From: Myxococcales bacterium
Lineage (GTDB): Bacteria; Desulfobacterota; Binatia; HRBIN30
Reading direction: 5' to 3'
DNA: 64,000 bases
Assembly (NCBI GenBank): GCA_037445065.1
Contig: JBBILD010000002.1
Span: 64,001-128,000 of the forward strand
The position numbers and the translations under genes are program-made. Positions 1 through 9,951 of the stretch are shown piece after piece. Positions within the stretch are counted from its first letter, which is position 1. Every line of letters starts with the position of its first letter. A model generated the notes under the pieces. It was not told where the DNA came from. It did no database searches and saw only the letters and a program-made list of their open reading frames with translations.

Positions 1-2
1 TT

Positions 3-707
3 CCTCTGACCTATCACATGGCGAGTCGCGGCTGGGTTTGTGCCAACGTGGACTATCGGTTGAGCCCGCACGCGACTTTTCCGGACCACCTGGTAGACCT
101 TAAGGCTGCCTTGGTTTGGCTGCGGGAACATGCGAGCCAGTATGGATTGGACCCCACCTTCGTAGTGGTGACAGGAGGTTCTGCCGGCGCACACTTGGCT
201 GCGCTGATGGCGCTCACGGCGAACGACCCGGAATACCAGCCTGGTTTCGAAGCTGCGGACACGTCCGTCCAAGGGGCGGTTCTGATGTACGGGGTGTACG
301 ACTTGGTGGATCGCCATCGCACCTTCCGCACTCCTGACATCCAGCGGCTCTTAGAAACGAAGGTGATGAAAGCCTCGATTGAGGAAGCGCGGGCCGTGTA
401 CGAGAAGGCGTCTCCGATTTCCCGTGTTCACTCAGCGGCCCCGCCAGTGTGTGTAATCCATGGCGATCTGGACTCGCTCGTCCCTGTGGAGCAGGCCCGC
501 TACTTCGTCGCCGCGCTTCGTGGTGTATCGAAACAAGCTGTGGTCTATGCGGAAATCCCCGGGGCGCAGCATGCCTTCGACGTTTTCCCCTCCTTGCGTT
601 GTGAGTATGCGATCGCAGGCATCGCGCGCTTCCTGGGTTGGACCTACGCGCAATACCTGCGCGAGCGCTCAGCGGGGGAACAAAGCTCTGCCGTCGCAGC
701 GTGCTGA
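3..707 (+). CDS. Alpha/beta hydrolase, HSL-like esterase/lipase (5'-truncated by the window edge)
   Basis: VDYRLSP, nucleophile elbow GGSAG, HGDLD acid motif and C-terminal AQHAFD His. The frame is open back to the window start. Confidence 0.9.
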   Translation, partial: PLTYHMASRGWVCANVDYRLSPHATFPDHLVDLKAALVWLREHASQYGLDPTFVVVTGGSAGAHLAALMALTANDPEYQPGFEAADTSVQGAVLMYGVYDLVDRHRTFRTPDIQRLLETKVMKASIEEARAVYEKASPISRVHSAAPPVCVIHGDLDSLVPVEQARYFVAALRGVSKQAVVYAEIPGAQHAFDVFPSLRCEYAIAGIARFLGWTYAQYLRERSAGEQSSAVAAC

Positions 708-725
708 TAGTCCGGGAGAGTCGGG

Positions 726-1823
726 ATGACTGGCCAGGAGGACGCTTCGCAAGCGAAGGATCAGGTTCCGACGGATTTGCTGAGCCCTGAAGAAACACAG
801 CGGTTAGCGGAATGGCTGCAGGAGCAAGGGCTAGCCTCCGCAAGGGACCCGCTGGAGGTCAAGGGGCTCAGCGGGGGAGCGTCGAATGAGGTTTGGGAAC
901 TCCGGCAAGGGTCGCTGCGCCTGGTCCTGCGGAAACCCCCGCGCACGGTGCCGCGTGGCCGGAACGAGAGTATGTTGCGGGAATACCGCCTCCTGAACGC
1001 TCTGCGGGACACGGATGTACCCCACCCGCGCGTACGAGCAGTGTGTCAGGATGCGGCTGTTCTGGGCTGTTGTTTTTACGTGATGGAGTACGTGGATGGG
1101 TGGTCTTGCATGGATCGCTCCCAGTGGCCGCCTCCCTTTGATCGTGATCTGGACGCACGTCGGGGGCTCGCCCGGGAACTGGTCGACGGAATTGCCCGCC
1201 TTGCACAAGTTGATTGGCGGGCCGTTGGGCTGGAGGACTTCGGCCGACCGCAAGGCTTCCACGAGCGGCAGGTCGAGCGGTGGCTGCGTCCTCTCCGTGA
1301 GTGCGCCTTACGAGAACTGCCTGGGTTGGATGAAGCCGCAGAGTTTCTCCGGCAGTATCGTCCGAGGCACTACCGGCCAGGGTTGATGCACGGTGATTAC
1401 CAGTTTGCCAACGTCATGTTCGCGCATGGGGCGCCAGCATGCCTGGTCGCGATCGTGGATTGGGAGATGGCTACGGTCGGCGATCCTCTCCTCGATCTAG
1501 CGTGGGTGTTGATGAGCTGGCCGAACCCAGAGGAGCGCGCTGCTGGAAGATTTTACGTCGATTATGAAGGAATGCCCAGGCGAGAAGAACTTGCAGAGTA
1601 CTATGCACTGCGAACCGGCTTCGATCTGAGCGAACTGGACTATTATTTGATCCTTGCACGCTTTAAGATGGCTGCGATTTTGGAGGTGGAGTACGCGCGG
1701 TTCCTCAGGGGAGAGGCGGAGAACCCAAAGATGGCTTTTTTTGGCGAGGTGGCTCGCGAGATGGCAGAGAAGGCCGGAACCCTAGCGCGCACCACGTCCC
1801 TGAAAGCAAGAAGGTCGTTATGA
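726..1823 (+). CDS. Phosphotransferase (APH/choline kinase-like; ACAD10/11 kinase-domain or LvaA-type)
   Basis: GGASN loop, VLRKPP, Brenner motif LMHGDYQFANVM, DWEMATVGDPLLDL. Confidence 0.9.
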   Translation: MTGQEDASQAKDQVPTDLLSPEETQRLAEWLQEQGLASARDPLEVKGLSGGASNEVWELRQGSLRLVLRKPPRTVPRGRNESMLREYRLLNALRDTDVPHPRVRAVCQDAAVLGCCFYVMEYVDGWSCMDRSQWPPPFDRDLDARRGLARELVDGIARLAQVDWRAVGLEDFGRPQGFHERQVERWLRPLRECALRELPGLDEAAEFLRQYRPRHYRPGLMHGDYQFANVMFAHGAPACLVAIVDWEMATVGDPLLDLAWVLMSWPNPEERAAGRFYVDYEGMPRREELAEYYALRTGFDLSELDYYLILARFKMAAILEVEYARFLRGEAENPKMAFFGEVAREMAEKAGTLARTTSLKARRSL

Positions 1824-2257
1824 GGCGGCGAGTGTCGTTCGATGGAGAGTTCCAAGGGTGCTTCGGCTGCGGGCGCGACAATGCTGCCGGCCTCGGGCTG
1901 AGTTTTTGGGAGACTGAGCAAGGTGTAGAGACGACCTTTGTGGCTCCGAGCTACTTGCAAGGGGCGAAGGGCGTCCTTCACGGGGGTATCCAGGCGGCAC
2001 TTGCAGACGAGACGATGTGTATGGCTGCATACGCCAAGCTGGGAGCCGCGGTCGTCACTGGGGAACTGAAAATGAGGTACCAGCGCCCAGCACCAGTGTC
2101 GGTTCCACTCAGAATCGTTGCACAGATTCAAAAACGCGACGCCCGCAGCGCTTTTATCGATGCAAGGATCTCCCTTGACGGTGAAGACGAAGCAAGAACG
2201 ACAGCGACGGGTCGATTCTTTTTTGTTCGATCAGAGGCCCAACGTGGTCGTGAGTGA
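1820..2257 (+). CDS. PaaI/hot-dog fold thioesterase
   Basis: CFGCG..N..GL, GVLHGGIQAALADE; ATGA overlap with the upstream gene. Confidence 0.9.
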   Translation: MRRRVSFDGEFQGCFGCGRDNAAGLGLSFWETEQGVETTFVAPSYLQGAKGVLHGGIQAALADETMCMAAYAKLGAAVVTGELKMRYQRPAPVSVPLRIVAQIQKRDARSAFIDARISLDGEDEARTTATGRFFFVRSEAQRGRE

Positions 2258-2351
2258 ACCAACGGGGACGGAGCTGTAGAGCGCATCTGCCACCCACGGC
2301 GATAATCCCTTCTTGGGGCACATCCGGTTTTCTGAAAGGGTCGCCACGTGT

Positions 2352-2648
2352 TTAGCCAAGCCAGCACTCACTGGTCTGTTCTTTGCCCACCCGCTCTTTT
2401 GCAGTGCGGAAGAACTCGTCGAGAGTGAGCTGGCTCGGGTCCAGGCCGAGGGCAACGGCCGTAACCACGTCGCGGGGGGTAAATACACCGACCACTCTGA
2501 GGCTGTTCTCATCGAGCACTAAGAGGGCCTCGGCACCTGTCCGAAAGAGTAGGTTCGCAGCTGCGGACACGGTCTGTCTGGTCGAGACTCGTAGTGCGCG
2601 AAAGCAGCAACTTCCATTGGCGATCTCTGCTGTGTTGCTGCGCGTCAT
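2352..2648 (-). CDS. Small CBS-domain protein (98 aa)
   Basis: TVSAAANLL..ALLVLDE..VVGVFTPRDVV is CBS-like; GGAGG SD before ATG 2648. The ORF track starts further upstream at 2753. Confidence 0.65.
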   Translation of the reverse strand: MTRSNTAEIANGSCCFRALRVSTRQTVSAAANLLFRTGAEALLVLDENSLRVVGVFTPRDVVTAVALGLDPSQLTLDEFFRTAKERVGKEQTSECWLG

Positions 2649-2772
2649 GGCTACGCCTCCGTCCCTATCCCGCGCGCAAAATTCGTTCCAATTGTGCTCC
2701 GGTAACCCCAGTACGCGCTCCCCCGGCGAGATCTTTTTTCCCTGCGAAGGCACAACCGATGTCGCGGCAGGC

Positions 2773-4446
2773 TTAAGAAGCCGCTTTGGCTCCCAGTCGC
2801 TCGAGCGCCAGGTTTTTCGCCCAACGATAGTCGGCCTTTCCCGATGGGCTTCGCACCATCTCGTCTACAAAGAGGATTTGCCGCGGGAGTTTGTACCGTG
2901 CCAAATGGCGGGCACAGAACTCCACGAGTTCCTCGGGAGAAGGCTGCTCTTCGGCGCGGGCCTGCACGATCGCAACCACTTGCTCGCCGAACCGCTCATG
3001 GGGGACGCCGACGACCACTGCATCGTACACCGAAGGGTGGTGCTTGAGGGCTTTTTCGACCTCTTCGGGGTAGATTTTCTCTCCCCCTGAGTTGATGCTC
3101 ACGGAACCGCGGCCGAGAACGATGATCGTTCCGTCAGCAGTGACTTTCGCGTGGTCTCCCGGAATGGCGTAGCGCTTGCCGTTAATCACCGGGAAGGTGC
3201 GGGCCGTCTTCTCCGCATCCTTGAAGTAGCCAAGCGGCACGTGCCCGGTCCGTGCTAGCCATCCAACTTCGTCGCTACCGGCGGCCACGGGCCCGCTGAG
3301 GTCGTACTTCAGCACCAGCGTTTCCTCGTTCATCTTGAATGACCCGCTCGTGATCGTCATGCCCTTCATGACGATTTGCGAGCCTTGGCCACCGGTTTCC
3401 GAGGCACCAAAACCGTCGATGATCATGAGGTGAGGGATGTGATCGAGCAGTGCCTCTTTGAGCGCCGGGGTGAGGATCGCACCACCCGAGAGGATGATGT
3501 TCAGGCTCGATAAGTCGTATTTGCGCTTTTGCAGCTGGTCGAGCAGCGGACGGGCAAATGCATCCCCGACGATAGTAAGAAACGTGACCCGTTCCCGCTC
3601 GATGGTGGACCAAATGTCATGAGGATCGAGGTGCTCTGGATGATCCTGCACGATGACCGCCCCGCCTTGGTGCCAGCAGGTCAAGGCCATCCAGTGCGCG
3701 GCACCGTGCATGAAAGGAGGGGCAGGTAAGGCACGTGCACTGCTGGTGCGCGCATTTTCGACTAGCGCTTCTACGGACGGGATCTTCTCTCCACCTGGTG
3801 GATGCCCGCCGAGGGCGGCAAAGAAGATGTCTTCTTGCCGCCACAACACCCCCTTAGGCATCCCCGTGGTGCCCCCGGTGTACAAGATATAAAGGTCGTC
3901 GCCCGACCAGTGCAGCGGCGGTCGCTCCGGGGACGAGGCGCGCAAAGCCTCTTCGTAGTCGATCGCTCCCGGCAACAGCGGGTTCCCCGACTCGTCTGCT
4001 ACTTGCAATAGCAAGCGGAGGTGGCGCAGCTCGGAGCGGATCTTTTGTACCCGAGGCGCGAAACGGGCGTGGTAGATGAGCGCGTGACAGTCAGCATCGT
4101 TCAAGAGATAGATCAACTCATCTTCCACATACCGGTAGTTCACGTTGAACGGCGCCACCCTGGCCTTGTATGAACCCAACATGCCTTCCAGGTACTCGTT
4201 GCCATTGTAAAGGTAGAGTCCCAAATGATCCTGACCGGACTCGTAATTGCGCAGCTCAGAACGCTCGCGATGGCATCCGAGGCCGTGCGCAATCAAGAAG
4301 TTCGCTAGGCGTCGTGTCCGCTCCGTGAAGTCCTTCCAGCGGAAGCACCGATCGCGAAAGACTAAGCACTCCCGCTCCGGGTAAGCCGTGGCGATGGCTT
4401 CGTTGATCGTTGCTAAGTTGAACTCGAGGTTTGCGTGCTGAGGCAT
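2773..4446 (-). CDS. Acyl-CoA synthetase (FadD19-like, AMP-binding)
   Basis: LYTGGTTGMPKG, GFGASETG, GRGSVSINSGGEKIYPEEVE, RSPSGK. Confidence 0.93.
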   Translation of the reverse strand: MPQHANLEFNLATINEAIATAYPERECLVFRDRCFRWKDFTERTRRLANFLIAHGLGCHRERSELRNYESGQDHLGLYLYNGNEYLEGMLGSYKARVAPFNVNYRYVEDELIYLLNDADCHALIYHARFAPRVQKIRSELRHLRLLLQVADESGNPLLPGAIDYEEALRASSPERPPLHWSGDDLYILYTGGTTGMPKGVLWRQEDIFFAALGGHPPGGEKIPSVEALVENARTSSARALPAPPFMHGAAHWMALTCWHQGGAVIVQDHPEHLDPHDIWSTIERERVTFLTIVGDAFARPLLDQLQKRKYDLSSLNIILSGGAILTPALKEALLDHIPHLMIIDGFGASETGGQGSQIVMKGMTITSGSFKMNEETLVLKYDLSGPVAAGSDEVGWLARTGHVPLGYFKDAEKTARTFPVINGKRYAIPGDHAKVTADGTIIVLGRGSVSINSGGEKIYPEEVEKALKHHPSVYDAVVVGVPHERFGEQVVAIVQARAEEQPSPEELVEFCARHLARYKLPRQILFVDEMVRSPSGKADYRWAKNLALERLGAKAAS

Positions 4447-5008
4447 GAGGCCGTTGCTAGCATGTTGCCGGATGCACGGCACGTCTTCGTCGCAACTTGT
4501 AGGATTGCGTCGGTCTCGCTGGCCGGGCGCGGCGGAAGCGCACGGGAGGGCGAAGCGGCAGTACGTTCGCGCAGAGATTTCCGATGCCTGGCGGCTGCTG
4601 GCCTCTGGATCCGTAAGTGGTCCGAGGTGTTTGGCCGATCCTTTTGTTGACCTTGCTTATATGGCCGGAGTAGATTGCCTGCTGTTGTTGGTGGGAAACG
4701 CGTGAGCGGCTTTCCATTTGTACCGAGGGGGGGCGTGCGAAGAGAAGCGGAGTCGGTGCGCAGCGACCTCGTTGTGGTCGAGCCAAGCGGCCTGCCGCTC
4801 CCAGAACGAACGGTGGCTGTGCCGCGGGCGGTTTTGCAATGAACCTTAAAATCAGCGCGTCAAACCGCAGCGAGTCGAATGGGCGGAAATGCCCAGGGTT
4901 TCGGCCGCTGGTCCGCGGTCAAGAGACCGTGGTGGCGTGGCAGCCGAGGAGGCTCGCTCCCAACGGTGGGCGCCAGTTCTTGTGGACCCGTGACAAAGGG
5001 CTCGCTGC

Positions 5009-6230
5009 GTGACACCGAGTTTCGAGCGGTTGGTATATGCATTGCGCCTAACGGTAGTCGGTTGGGCCGTGCTGGTCGGCGGTTACTTTGTGACCGTAGG
5101 CGGCCGACCGCAGTGGTACCATTGGTTGCTGCTAGGAATCGTTCTCATCTATCCGCACCTAGCGCATTTGAGTTACTTGCGACGACGGTCCGCCGGGGCA
5201 CAACTCCGCTACCTTTTGGTAAAGTCGTTGTTTCTCGGCGTGACCTGCTTCGTAACCAATTTTTCCCTCCTTCCGAGTCTGACTGTAGCTGCCGTTGCCC
5301 TGGGTAACTCTCTCGCTTTACAGGGGCTGAGAGGGCTTGTCGTAGCCGCACTCCTGTTTGGCGCGGGAGGCGGAGGACCAGCGATTGTTGCGGGTTGGGA
5401 CCTCCCAGTTGCAAGCGCCCAGCTGGTGGATGTTGGCTGCGGGGTATTCCTGCTGAGCTATTTCTTGCTGTTCGCGTAGGCCACTTACGCTCGCACCGTG
5501 CAGGTACTGGCCTCGCGCCGGGAGCTGCGGGAGCAGAAGTTGTTCGCGGAAATCGAGCACAAACGAGCAGAGAGTCTGCTCTTGAGCCTCCTCCCCAGCC
5601 CGATGGCCACAGAATTTCGAGAGTCCGGCGCCGTGCCCCCACGCCAATATGCTGAGGTCACGATGCTGGCGATCGATTTTCTCAATCTGCCCGAGCTGGC
5701 GGCAACGGCGGGAGGGAACGGGTGGTTGATGGATCTCAATTATTGTTTGCAGGCGCTCGATGGGATCGCGAAGCGCAGAGCAATGGAAGTCGTGAGCAGC
5801 GGCGACGCATACGTTGCGCTGACCGGCGTGGTCGGTCCAAGTCGCTTTTCAAGAGCCGAAGCTTTGGCTGCGGCCATGGAGATCCGCGATGTAGCATATC
5901 GGCTTGCCGCGCAGAGGCGTGCGGAAGGCCGGCCGCATTTAATGGTGCGAATTGCCGTTCATTCGGGGCCCGTGGTTGCGGGCGTGGCCGAGGCCCGGCG
6001 GTTTACCTTCAGTGTTTGGGGCTTCACGAAAGCGGATGCCGTTGCGGTGGCTCAGCAGTTGGACCCGTGGGAGGTCGCATTTTCAGAGGGGGTGTGGGCG
6101 GGAGCGGCTGGCGACAACGCGGTGCCGAACGAGGTAAAAAACCTTCAGCGTCCATCGCGGTCAGCCATTGCTGTTCTACGTTCTGTCCGCTCCGTCACAA
6201 CCGCTACGAGGGGAAAGCGAACATGCAGCG
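5009..6230 (+). pseudogene. Membrane sensor (MASE2-like) plus class III nucleotide cyclase, disrupted and degenerate
   Basis: The multi-TM ORF 5009-5479 ends in TAG and continues in the same frame into AESLLLSLLP..TMLAIDF..GDAYV..VRIAVHSGPVVAGV..VWG. The catalytic N/R of the GDTVNxAxR motif are absent (GFTKADAVAV). The 3' boundary is approximate. Confidence 0.7.
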
Positions 6231-8077
6231 GGCCGTCATTCGTAGAGCTTTGGAGTGGGCTTTTCCGGCGGCGGACGCGGGGACAATTTGTGTTCTCGCG
6301 GCGGAGGCACGGACGGTTCCGTTGCGACGCGCAGAGGTCTTGTACCGCGAGGGCGACGTTGCCCGCAGCATGCACGTGGTTTTGAGTGGCCGTCTCCAAG
6401 TGCGGGCCTCGAATACCTTAGGCAGCGAACGAGTCGTAGCGTTTTGGGTGAGGGGGAAGTGGTCGGGGAGATGGCGTTGCTTGTGGGCGGAAGACGCACT
6501 GCGACTGTCGCCGCTGCGCGTGACAGCGTCTTGGCAGAGTTCGACCAAGACGTGTTCGCGCAAGCTGCCGCGCGCCAGCCACAAGTGATCGTGGAAGTTG
6601 CTCGACGCGTAATCGACCGCCTGCTTCTTACCCAAAGGGGAGAAACAATTGCGCTTCCGTTGAAACACATCGCACTCGTGCCGATCGGTGCTTCCGCCGC
6701 GGTGCATGAGGTGGGGCGGCGTTTGCAGCTCGCGCTCCTACGGTCTGGGCGGGTTTGCGTGATTGACAGGGCGCGTCCGCCGCCCGTGTCGCAGACCACC
6801 TAAGTAACGACTCACAGGGCGCAGTCCTCGCGCTGACGAAGTGGATTGACGACCTCGAGCGCCGATACGATTTCATCGTGTCTGTGACCGACGAGGCCGC
6901 CACCCCGTGGACACGGTTATGCAGCGGACATGCCGATAATAAGCTGCTGCTGGTGGCAGGTGCGGGCGACCCGCCGGAGCCGACCGAACTCGAAGAGGAG
7001 TTGGAACGACACCTCGGACAGCACGCAGGAGAGACCGAGCTTGTCCTGATCCACCGAGGCGGTTCGCCGAACGGGACAAACCGCTGGCTAGATCCCCGGC
7101 AGATCGCTCGCCATCACCATGTGCCATGGGCTGGTAACTCTGGATCCGATCGCTTGGCTCGTCGCCTGGCTGGCAAGGAAATCACGCTCGTGTTGAACGG
7201 TGGAGGTGCTTGGGGGCTGGCTCACGTGGGTGTGGTACGCGCGCTGCGAGAAGCTGATGTGACGGTAGACGCCGTCGGAGGTGTGAGCTTCGGCTCCCGA
7301 GTGGGGGCGGCGGTGGCGCTGAACGTGAGCAACGAAGCGATGCTCGAGCAGAGCCGGCGCGTGTTCTTGGAAGGCGGGCTGCTGAACGACTACACCGTAC
7401 CAATGGTTTCGCTGCTCCGCGGGCGCCGGATGGAGGAGCTTTTGCGCCAAACCTTCGATGACGCGGACATCGCAGACGCGTGGATTCCATTCTTCGCCCT
7501 GTCCGCGAACCTTTCACGCAGCCGCCTCGAAATCCACACTCGGGACACATTTTGGCGGGCGTTGCGAGCCAGTGTCTCGCTTCCGGGCGTATTTCCACCG
7601 CTGCCGGATCGGGGAGATCTGTTGGTGGATGGCGGGCTGCTCAACAACTTCCCTGTCGACATTATGAAAGAACTCTTCCCGGGGCGGACGGTTGCCGTGG
7701 ATCTTTCCTAGGGAGACGACAGGATATTTGGAGAAGAAAGGGTACCGACGCCTTTGGAGATCCTCGTCCAGAAACTGCGCAGAAAGGCGTCTTGGTTCCC
7801 CTCGCTGCCGTACGTGCTGATGAAGTCAACCACGCTGAGCAGCTCCGGACTCGTTGTCTCCGCCCGGAATCTTGCCGACTTGTGCTTGTGCCCTCCGGTC
7901 GAGGGTTACGACATGCTGGACTTTTCCCGGCTCTACGACTTGGCGGATGCGGGCTACCGGTACACACAAAAGCGACTGCGAGAGTGGCTCGAGACGCGGC
8001 CGGATTGGACAGCCCCCATGGATGTCTTTGACTCGCGCGTCTTCTCACGGTTGGAGGGTAGGGCAGGTGCCTGCTGA
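6223..8077 (+). pseudogene. NTE-family cNMP-binding plus patatin phospholipase, disrupted by two frameshifts and one TAG
   Basis: SD GAGGGG then ATG 6223. cNMP domain LYREGD/VVLSGRL, then a frameshift at the T run 6442-6445 into GEGEVVGEMAL..RTATV. Second shift at about 6767-6800. Patatin GGGAWGLAHVG, GVSFG, DGGLLNN. In-frame TAG 7709-7711 with homology-like sequence continuing to 8077. Confidence 0.85.
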
Positions 8078-8474
8078 AACAGCCGCGGGTTCGTTTGTCG
8101 CTCTTCCGGAGGTCCGAAGCCGCCGGTGGTTTGCGGGCATTGCTTCTACCCCGAACCAACTTGACCGAAGTATTGCTCCCCCGCCTGACAGATCAACTTG
8201 CGCCCGAAGCTTCCGCTCAAGACCGAACGCAGCGGCAAGCTGAGGAGGCAGCCTCTTGCTCACACAAGCGAACCCGAAGCCGTGTGGCCGGTGAGAGGCA
8301 GCATCAGCATGACAGAAAACGGAAGAGCTGGGGGTTCGCTGCCGCAATTTGGCCATAGCGCCGCGTTTTGGCATCCAGCGGGGTGCTTTGCGCATTGAGA
8401 TCATGCTGGCAATCGAGTCGCGCCAAAAGTTGTCACTACTCCAGTGCAATGTTGTCCCGGTTCGCCGTATGCTG

Positions 8475-8491
8475 TTGGCATTCATTTTGCG
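8475..8491 (+). promoter_or_regulatory. Sigma54 (-24/-12) promoter
   Basis: TTGGCATTCATTTTGCG: GG(8477-78)-N10-GC(8489-90), near-consensus TGGCA..TTGC, about 30 nt before ATG 8522. Confidence 0.7.
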
Positions 8492-8521
8492 TCGCCGGCG
8501 TCACCAGTGGTAGCGGAAGCG

Positions 8522-9631
8522 ATGATGAGTGTGCGAATGGTGCTCCGAGATGGAAACCCCACGGTTGACCAGGTGGCTTATCTGCTCAGTCGCATCGACT
8601 TGTTCGAGAGCTTTAGCCCGATCACGTTGCGGCTAGTCGCGCGAGCCTGCTCTCTCCGACACTTGGAGCCAGGGAAGGTGTTGTTTGAACACGGGGAGCC
8701 GGGGGCTTCGTTGTTCGTGGTGCTCGATGGCAGCCTCGAAGTGTTTCGGGGTGAGCGCGCGATCGCGACCATTGGGAGAAACGAGTACATTGGTGAACTT
8801 GCTCTCCTGGATCCGGGTCCACGCAGCGCGTCAGTCCGCGCTCTCACAGAGACCAACTTGTTGGAAGTGCCGCGTGCTGTGTTCGACCAGTACTTGCGCC
8901 AGGAACCCGAGTCCCTGATTGCGATGACCCGAACGATCACCCGTCGCTTGCGCTCCATGCTCGACGAGACCCAAGCGGCCTACGAGCAGCTCAACATGCA
9001 AGTGCATGACATGTTGAACTTGCTGAACGTCTTGGGTGGTGCTGGATTGGTGGCGGACGTGCTTCCACCCGATGACCCGAACCAACGGTACTTGGGCATG
9101 ATCCTCAGCACTCGTGACCGCTTGGAAAAAATGATGCGCGACGCGCTGCGGCGAGCCCGTGGCGAACGATCCGGTTACTGCAAGGTGGCGACCGATCTCC
9201 AAGAACTCGTTGAAAAGACACTCCGTACGGACCTTGCGTTGCATCCGGATGTACGGCGAACCCAGGTTGTTGTGCAGCGGCGGGGCGCTCTCGGACAGTG
9301 TGTGTGCAACCCCGCCGATTTGCAGCGCGTGCTCGCCAATTTGGTGATCAATGCGGCGCAAGCAAGCGGCGAGGATGGCTCGGTCGTGATCACGCTGTGG
9401 GAAGACCGAAGTCACTCCTTTATAGAGGTGGCTGACGACGGTCCGGGAATCGCCCCGGACGCATTGGAGCGAATTTTCGACCCGCACTTTAGCACCAAGC
9501 CCCACGGTAGCGGGTTGGGCCTTACTTCGGCACGGCAGATCGTGGAATACCTACACGGTGGACGCTTGCAGTGTGAATCGGTGCCAGGGCAGGGCAGTCG
9601 CTTCACCATTTGCTTGCCGAAGCGCTGTTAA
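8522..9631 (+). CDS. cNMP-binding-domain sensor histidine kinase (soluble, orphan)
   Basis: cNMP domain LFEHGEPG..IGELALLDPGPRSASV; H-box QVHDMLN; N-box NLVINAAQA; DDGPGI; FSTK; GSGLGL. Confidence 0.9.
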   Translation: MMSVRMVLRDGNPTVDQVAYLLSRIDLFESFSPITLRLVARACSLRHLEPGKVLFEHGEPGASLFVVLDGSLEVFRGERAIATIGRNEYIGELALLDPGPRSASVRALTETNLLEVPRAVFDQYLRQEPESLIAMTRTITRRLRSMLDETQAAYEQLNMQVHDMLNLLNVLGGAGLVADVLPPDDPNQRYLGMILSTRDRLEKMMRDALRRARGERSGYCKVATDLQELVEKTLRTDLALHPDVRRTQVVVQRRGALGQCVCNPADLQRVLANLVINAAQASGEDGSVVITLWEDRSHSFIEVADDGPGIAPDALERIFDPHFSTKPHGSGLGLTSARQIVEYLHGGRLQCESVPGQGSRFTICLPKRC

Positions 9632-9951
9632 CGCTTGCACTTGGTCAGCCCTGTGCTGCCCGGATGAAGGTGAGGCTGAGGATCCCTGCGGCGGTTCGCG
9701 ATCGGGACGGAACCGCTCCGCCCGGAAACGGCAATGACACGGGCGCGAAGAGTGGGTCGCGGCGCGCTTGCGTTCGGAGATGTGGACGGGGCCGCAGACA
9801 GCCCGTAGCGTTTGTAACGCTTCGCGAAGTCCACGCGTACGTCCAGCGCCCTTCGAGAAAGTTCGGGGCCCGAAAACTTCTGCCGCGATCCACTTGCCAG
9901 TTTTGCGCGGTACGGGTAAGCCGCCACCGCACACAGGCTAGGGAGGGCACC

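Noticed and set aside
5477..7711. Amber read-through or pyrrolysine recoding, because both internal stops are in-frame TAG
   Set aside because: The same locus also has two frameshifts, both TAGs are one transition from TGG/CAG, TAG ends many intact genes here, and no pyl genes are visible.
5009..8077. Calling the locus a bona fide Pycsar or CBASS defence system
   Set aside because: The cyclase is membrane-sensor type and degenerate, the effector is an NTE-like patatin common in housekeeping contexts, and no other defence or mobility genes are adjacent. Kept only as a hypothesis.
8369..8386. Second sigma54-like TGGCA..TGC motif upstream of the histidine kinase
   Set aside because: GG-to-GC spacing is 13 rather than the required 10.
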